Of a DNA stretch of 64,000 nucleotides, positions 60,974-64,000 are shown piece after piece. The DNA comes from Macrostomum lignano. Its lineage: Eukaryota. Made by a program: the position numbers and the translations under genes. Each line of letters opens with the position of its first letter. Positions within the stretch are counted from its first letter, which is position 1. Location: NCBI GenBank assembly GCA_002269645.1, contig NIVC01001866.1, positions 57,118 through 121,117 on the forward strand, read 5' to 3'. The notes under the pieces are model-generated. The model was not told the origin of the DNA. It was given only the letters and a program-made list of their open reading frames with translations, and searched no databases.

Positions 60974-63093
60974 CTAGCAACAGCGCAGTCCCGTTGTGCG
61001 AAGGCACCCCGACTTCTTACCTGAATTTGAAGCATGGTTGGGCGCTTGAGCTGCCTGCAGAATCCACTCCAGCGCGTCGTTCAAGTAGTTTATGAGAAGC
61101 ATAAACAGGGCAAATAAGTGCAGCTGGAATAGAATGCTGGCCAGCACGTACGAGAGGTTGTGCGTTCCGGTGTGGAAGTCGCCAAATCCGATCGAGGTCA
61201 CCGTGCTGATAAGGAAATAGAGGCTCTGCATGGGTGTCCAATCCTCGATGATGCAGAGGAAAACTATTGCAACTATGAGGTGGGCCTGCATCACCAGCGT
61301 CAGCATGGTGATTGGGATCACGACGATCGTTTCGTCGCCGTTTGGGAAGATCAGACGGCTTAGCCGCTGGCTAGAGCTCAGCCGCTGTCGCAGTTCAATG
61401 AGCAGGCGGCTGAGCATGGACTGGTAGACGCTGGACAGGTTCTGAACGTACAGCACCCCGATGGGCACGAATAGGGCGATGAAGATCCCGCTAACCCAGC
61501 GGCCAGCTTTGGTGATTGGGCAGTACTTGCCGTATCCTGTACATTGGTTGGAAATTGAGGTGAGCGTCTTGCACGCCGCCTATTCAGCCACAAAACACGA
61601 GGATTTAAGCCACTGGAAGTAATAATTGCCTAATGCGGATGGCCACTCACTAATAATGACACGATAGTCTTGCAGCCCTTTCCGTAAGAAGTCAGAAAAT
61701 CCATGAACAAGGTCATGAGCCCAAAGATAAACTCACACAGGATGATCAACTCATACAGGATGATCAACTCATACAGGATGATCAACTCATACAATAGGAT
61801 GATCAACTCATACAGGATGATCAACTCATACAGGATGATCAACTCATACAGGATGATCAACTCATACAATAGGGGTTAGCTGCAGGGCTGTCCCGGAGGG
61901 GACACAGCGGGAAGGCGCGGGCGCCCATTCCGCTATCATACAATAGGATGATCAAATCATACAGGATGATCAAATCATACAATAGGATGATCAACTCATA
62001 CAATAGGATGATCAAATCATACAGGATGATCAACTCATACAGGATGATCAACTCATACAATAGGATGATCAACTCATACAGGATGATCAATTCATGCAGG
62101 ATGATCATCAAATCATACAGGATGATCAACTCATACAGGATGATCAACTCATACAATAGGATGATCAACTCATACAGGATGATCAATTCATGCAGGATGA
62201 TCATCAAATCATACAGGATGATCAATTCATACAGGATGATCATCAAATCATACAGGATGATCAACTCATACAGGATGATCAACTCATACAATAGGATGAT
62301 CAACTCATACAGGATGATCAATTCATGCAGGATGATCATCAAATCATACAGGATGATCAATTCATACAGGATGATCATCAAATCATACAGGATGATCAAC
62401 TCATACAGGATGATCAACTCATACAATAGGATGATCAACTCATACAGGATGATCAATGCATGCAGGATGATCATCAAATCATACAGGATGATCAACTCAT
62501 ACAGGATGATCAACTCATACAATAGGATGATCAAATCATACAGGATGATCAGCTCATACAGGATGATCAACTCATATAGGATGATCAACTCATACAATAG
62601 GATGATCAACTCATACAGGATGATCATCAACACATACAGGATGATCAGCTAAGTCAAGGGGATCTATACATGTATGTCCCAAAATATCATGCTCAGTTCA
62701 GACGATTATCAATCAAGTTTGACGATTGTTCACAAACAGCTCACCAATAGTGCTCAGCAGAGAGAAAGTAAAATAGACGCCCTCCTCGGTGTTCCATCGG
62801 GTTTGTTGACTCCATTTGCCCAGCTGCTCGACAAGCCTCTTCTGGCTGAGGTTACTCCGAGTCACCAGATGTATTGCGAACTGCATCGAGTCGTTGCGCG
62901 CCCTGATGCCGAAGTTTTCAAGCCTGGCTATCAGGTCTCCAACAGTGAGCAGCAGGGTCATTGTGATCACCAGCATTGACATGGCATGGGCAAGCGGCGA
63001 CAGCAGGCTGGAGATGAGGGTGCGCATGCAGCGGCACCGCAGCCGGAGGCAATTTCTGCGGCTGTTCAAGGCCCTCGGCAAAGTTGCTAACAT
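60974..63093 (-). CDS. Two-pore-domain (K2P/KCNK-like) potassium channel, at least 2 exons, about 303 aa
   Basis: Exon 63093-62745 (WNTEEGVYFTFSLLSTIG) splices in phase 1 to exon 61536-60974, rebuilding pore 1 as TIGYG. Then PITKAGR, TM2, TM3, pore 2 WTPMQSLYFLISTVTSIGFGDF and TM4. The 3' end is uncertain because of a possible GTAAG donor near 61020. Confidence 0.88.
61735..62648. repeat. 18/21-bp minisatellite (AGGATGATCAACTCATAC[AAT])n in the K2P intron, interrupted at about 61872-61935
   Basis: Directly visible; source of the YELIIL ORFs. Confidence 0.97.
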
Positions 63094-64000
63094 TCTGATT
63101 AAGGCCGGATGAGGAGTCGAACTTGACTCAACGCGGGAGAAATGCTTATCGTGTTCGTACTTCTGATGTATTGCTTTCTGATGGCTTTTGTTTGCTTATT
63201 GTTTGCTTATTGTTGTAGTCAAGGCGGCTTGTTAGCAGCTCAGTGCCACAGACAGAATCAAGATATGCCAGGATATTTTAGGCTAGCGTCTCAAGAAAGG
63301 ATGCTGATGAAAACTGGGTGAACTACTTAAGTTGCGCTTAAGATTACTATGTTACATGTAAGTAGGAGAATAGGGTTTTTTGCGCAAATTTCGAAAAAGA
63401 AATCAAACCGAATCCTTGGAAAAGTATTTCAATTCTTATTGCAGCTTGTTGCAAAACATTGCAGATAACAATAAATTGATAATAGACCTAATTTTTTTGC
63501 ATTTTTTATTTCACGGTTGAGCTATCGCTCATCTGTCAAACAGTTGGCACAGCTATTCAGAAATGATTGCCACGGCAAAAAACTCTTATAGCTTTGAAAT
63601 TTCAGACAGGATATTGCACAGACCCGCCCGATTTGAGAACCAAAACAAAAGACAGACTATTATTGTACGGCACGCGACAAAGCAAAAGTTTTCCAAAGAT
63701 CTAAGATATTAAAGAAGAGTCATGCCAGAAGAGAAAATACAGTGAATTGTAGTAAGCTGGGGCTAAGCATTGCTAGTGCTGCAGTATGCAAAAATTTAAG
63801 CAACGATACAAATAGCTAAAACCTTCAATTGATAATTTGCGACTTCCTGGTGGTGACGCCATCTCCAATTCAGCAAAAACATCGGTCTCAGCCTGCTTAG
63901 ATACTATCCTATATACTAAATATGAGTTCCTCAGTTAGCAGCTCTGGGATGCCTCATTCCTGCATGAACATGTCGAATCGAACCATGGCCTGCCGGTCGG

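Noticed and set aside
61630-62652. Leu/Ile-rich 258-aa ORF resembling a membrane or LRR protein
   Set aside because: Translation of the 18/21-bp intronic array; splicing across it restores the TIGYG filter.

Overview
Eukaryotic genomic DNA, not prokaryotic: it has spliceosomal GT-AG introns, and there is no CRISPR array, rRNA gene or intact tRNA gene. GC-rich exons with tandem-repeat-filled introns suggest an invertebrate metazoan, plausibly a free-living flatworm such as Macrostomum (inference only). Main contents: (1) an apparently intact, very young Ty3/Gypsy LTR retrotransposon on the minus strand (5124-14262). It has 452-bp LTRs that look identical, a CACG target-site duplication, a tRNA-Gln-type PBS, a PPT and one 2043-aa gag-pol ORF, which carries an unexpected cold-shock domain right after the Gag zinc knuckle. 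(2) An 8-exon Venus kinase receptor gene (16009-24115, +) with a 1-nt frameshift in the last kinase subdomain. (3) A small orphan secreted protein gene (28838-29335, +). (4) A 5-exon polypeptide GalNAc-transferase gene (38970-32460, -). (5) A tandem segmental duplication of about 5 kb (45679-55314), each unit carrying an intronless class A GPCR. (6) A divergent two-pore-domain K+ channel gene (63093-60974, -). There are also two tRNA-derived SINE families, a foldback/MITE element and more than 20 micro- and minisatellite arrays, which explain most long ORFs in the ORF track. The best candidate for new biology is the Gypsy element combining a CCHC + cold-shock-domain nucleocapsid with an extended tRNA-Gln-complementary PBS. 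All comparisons were made by eye; no searches were run.
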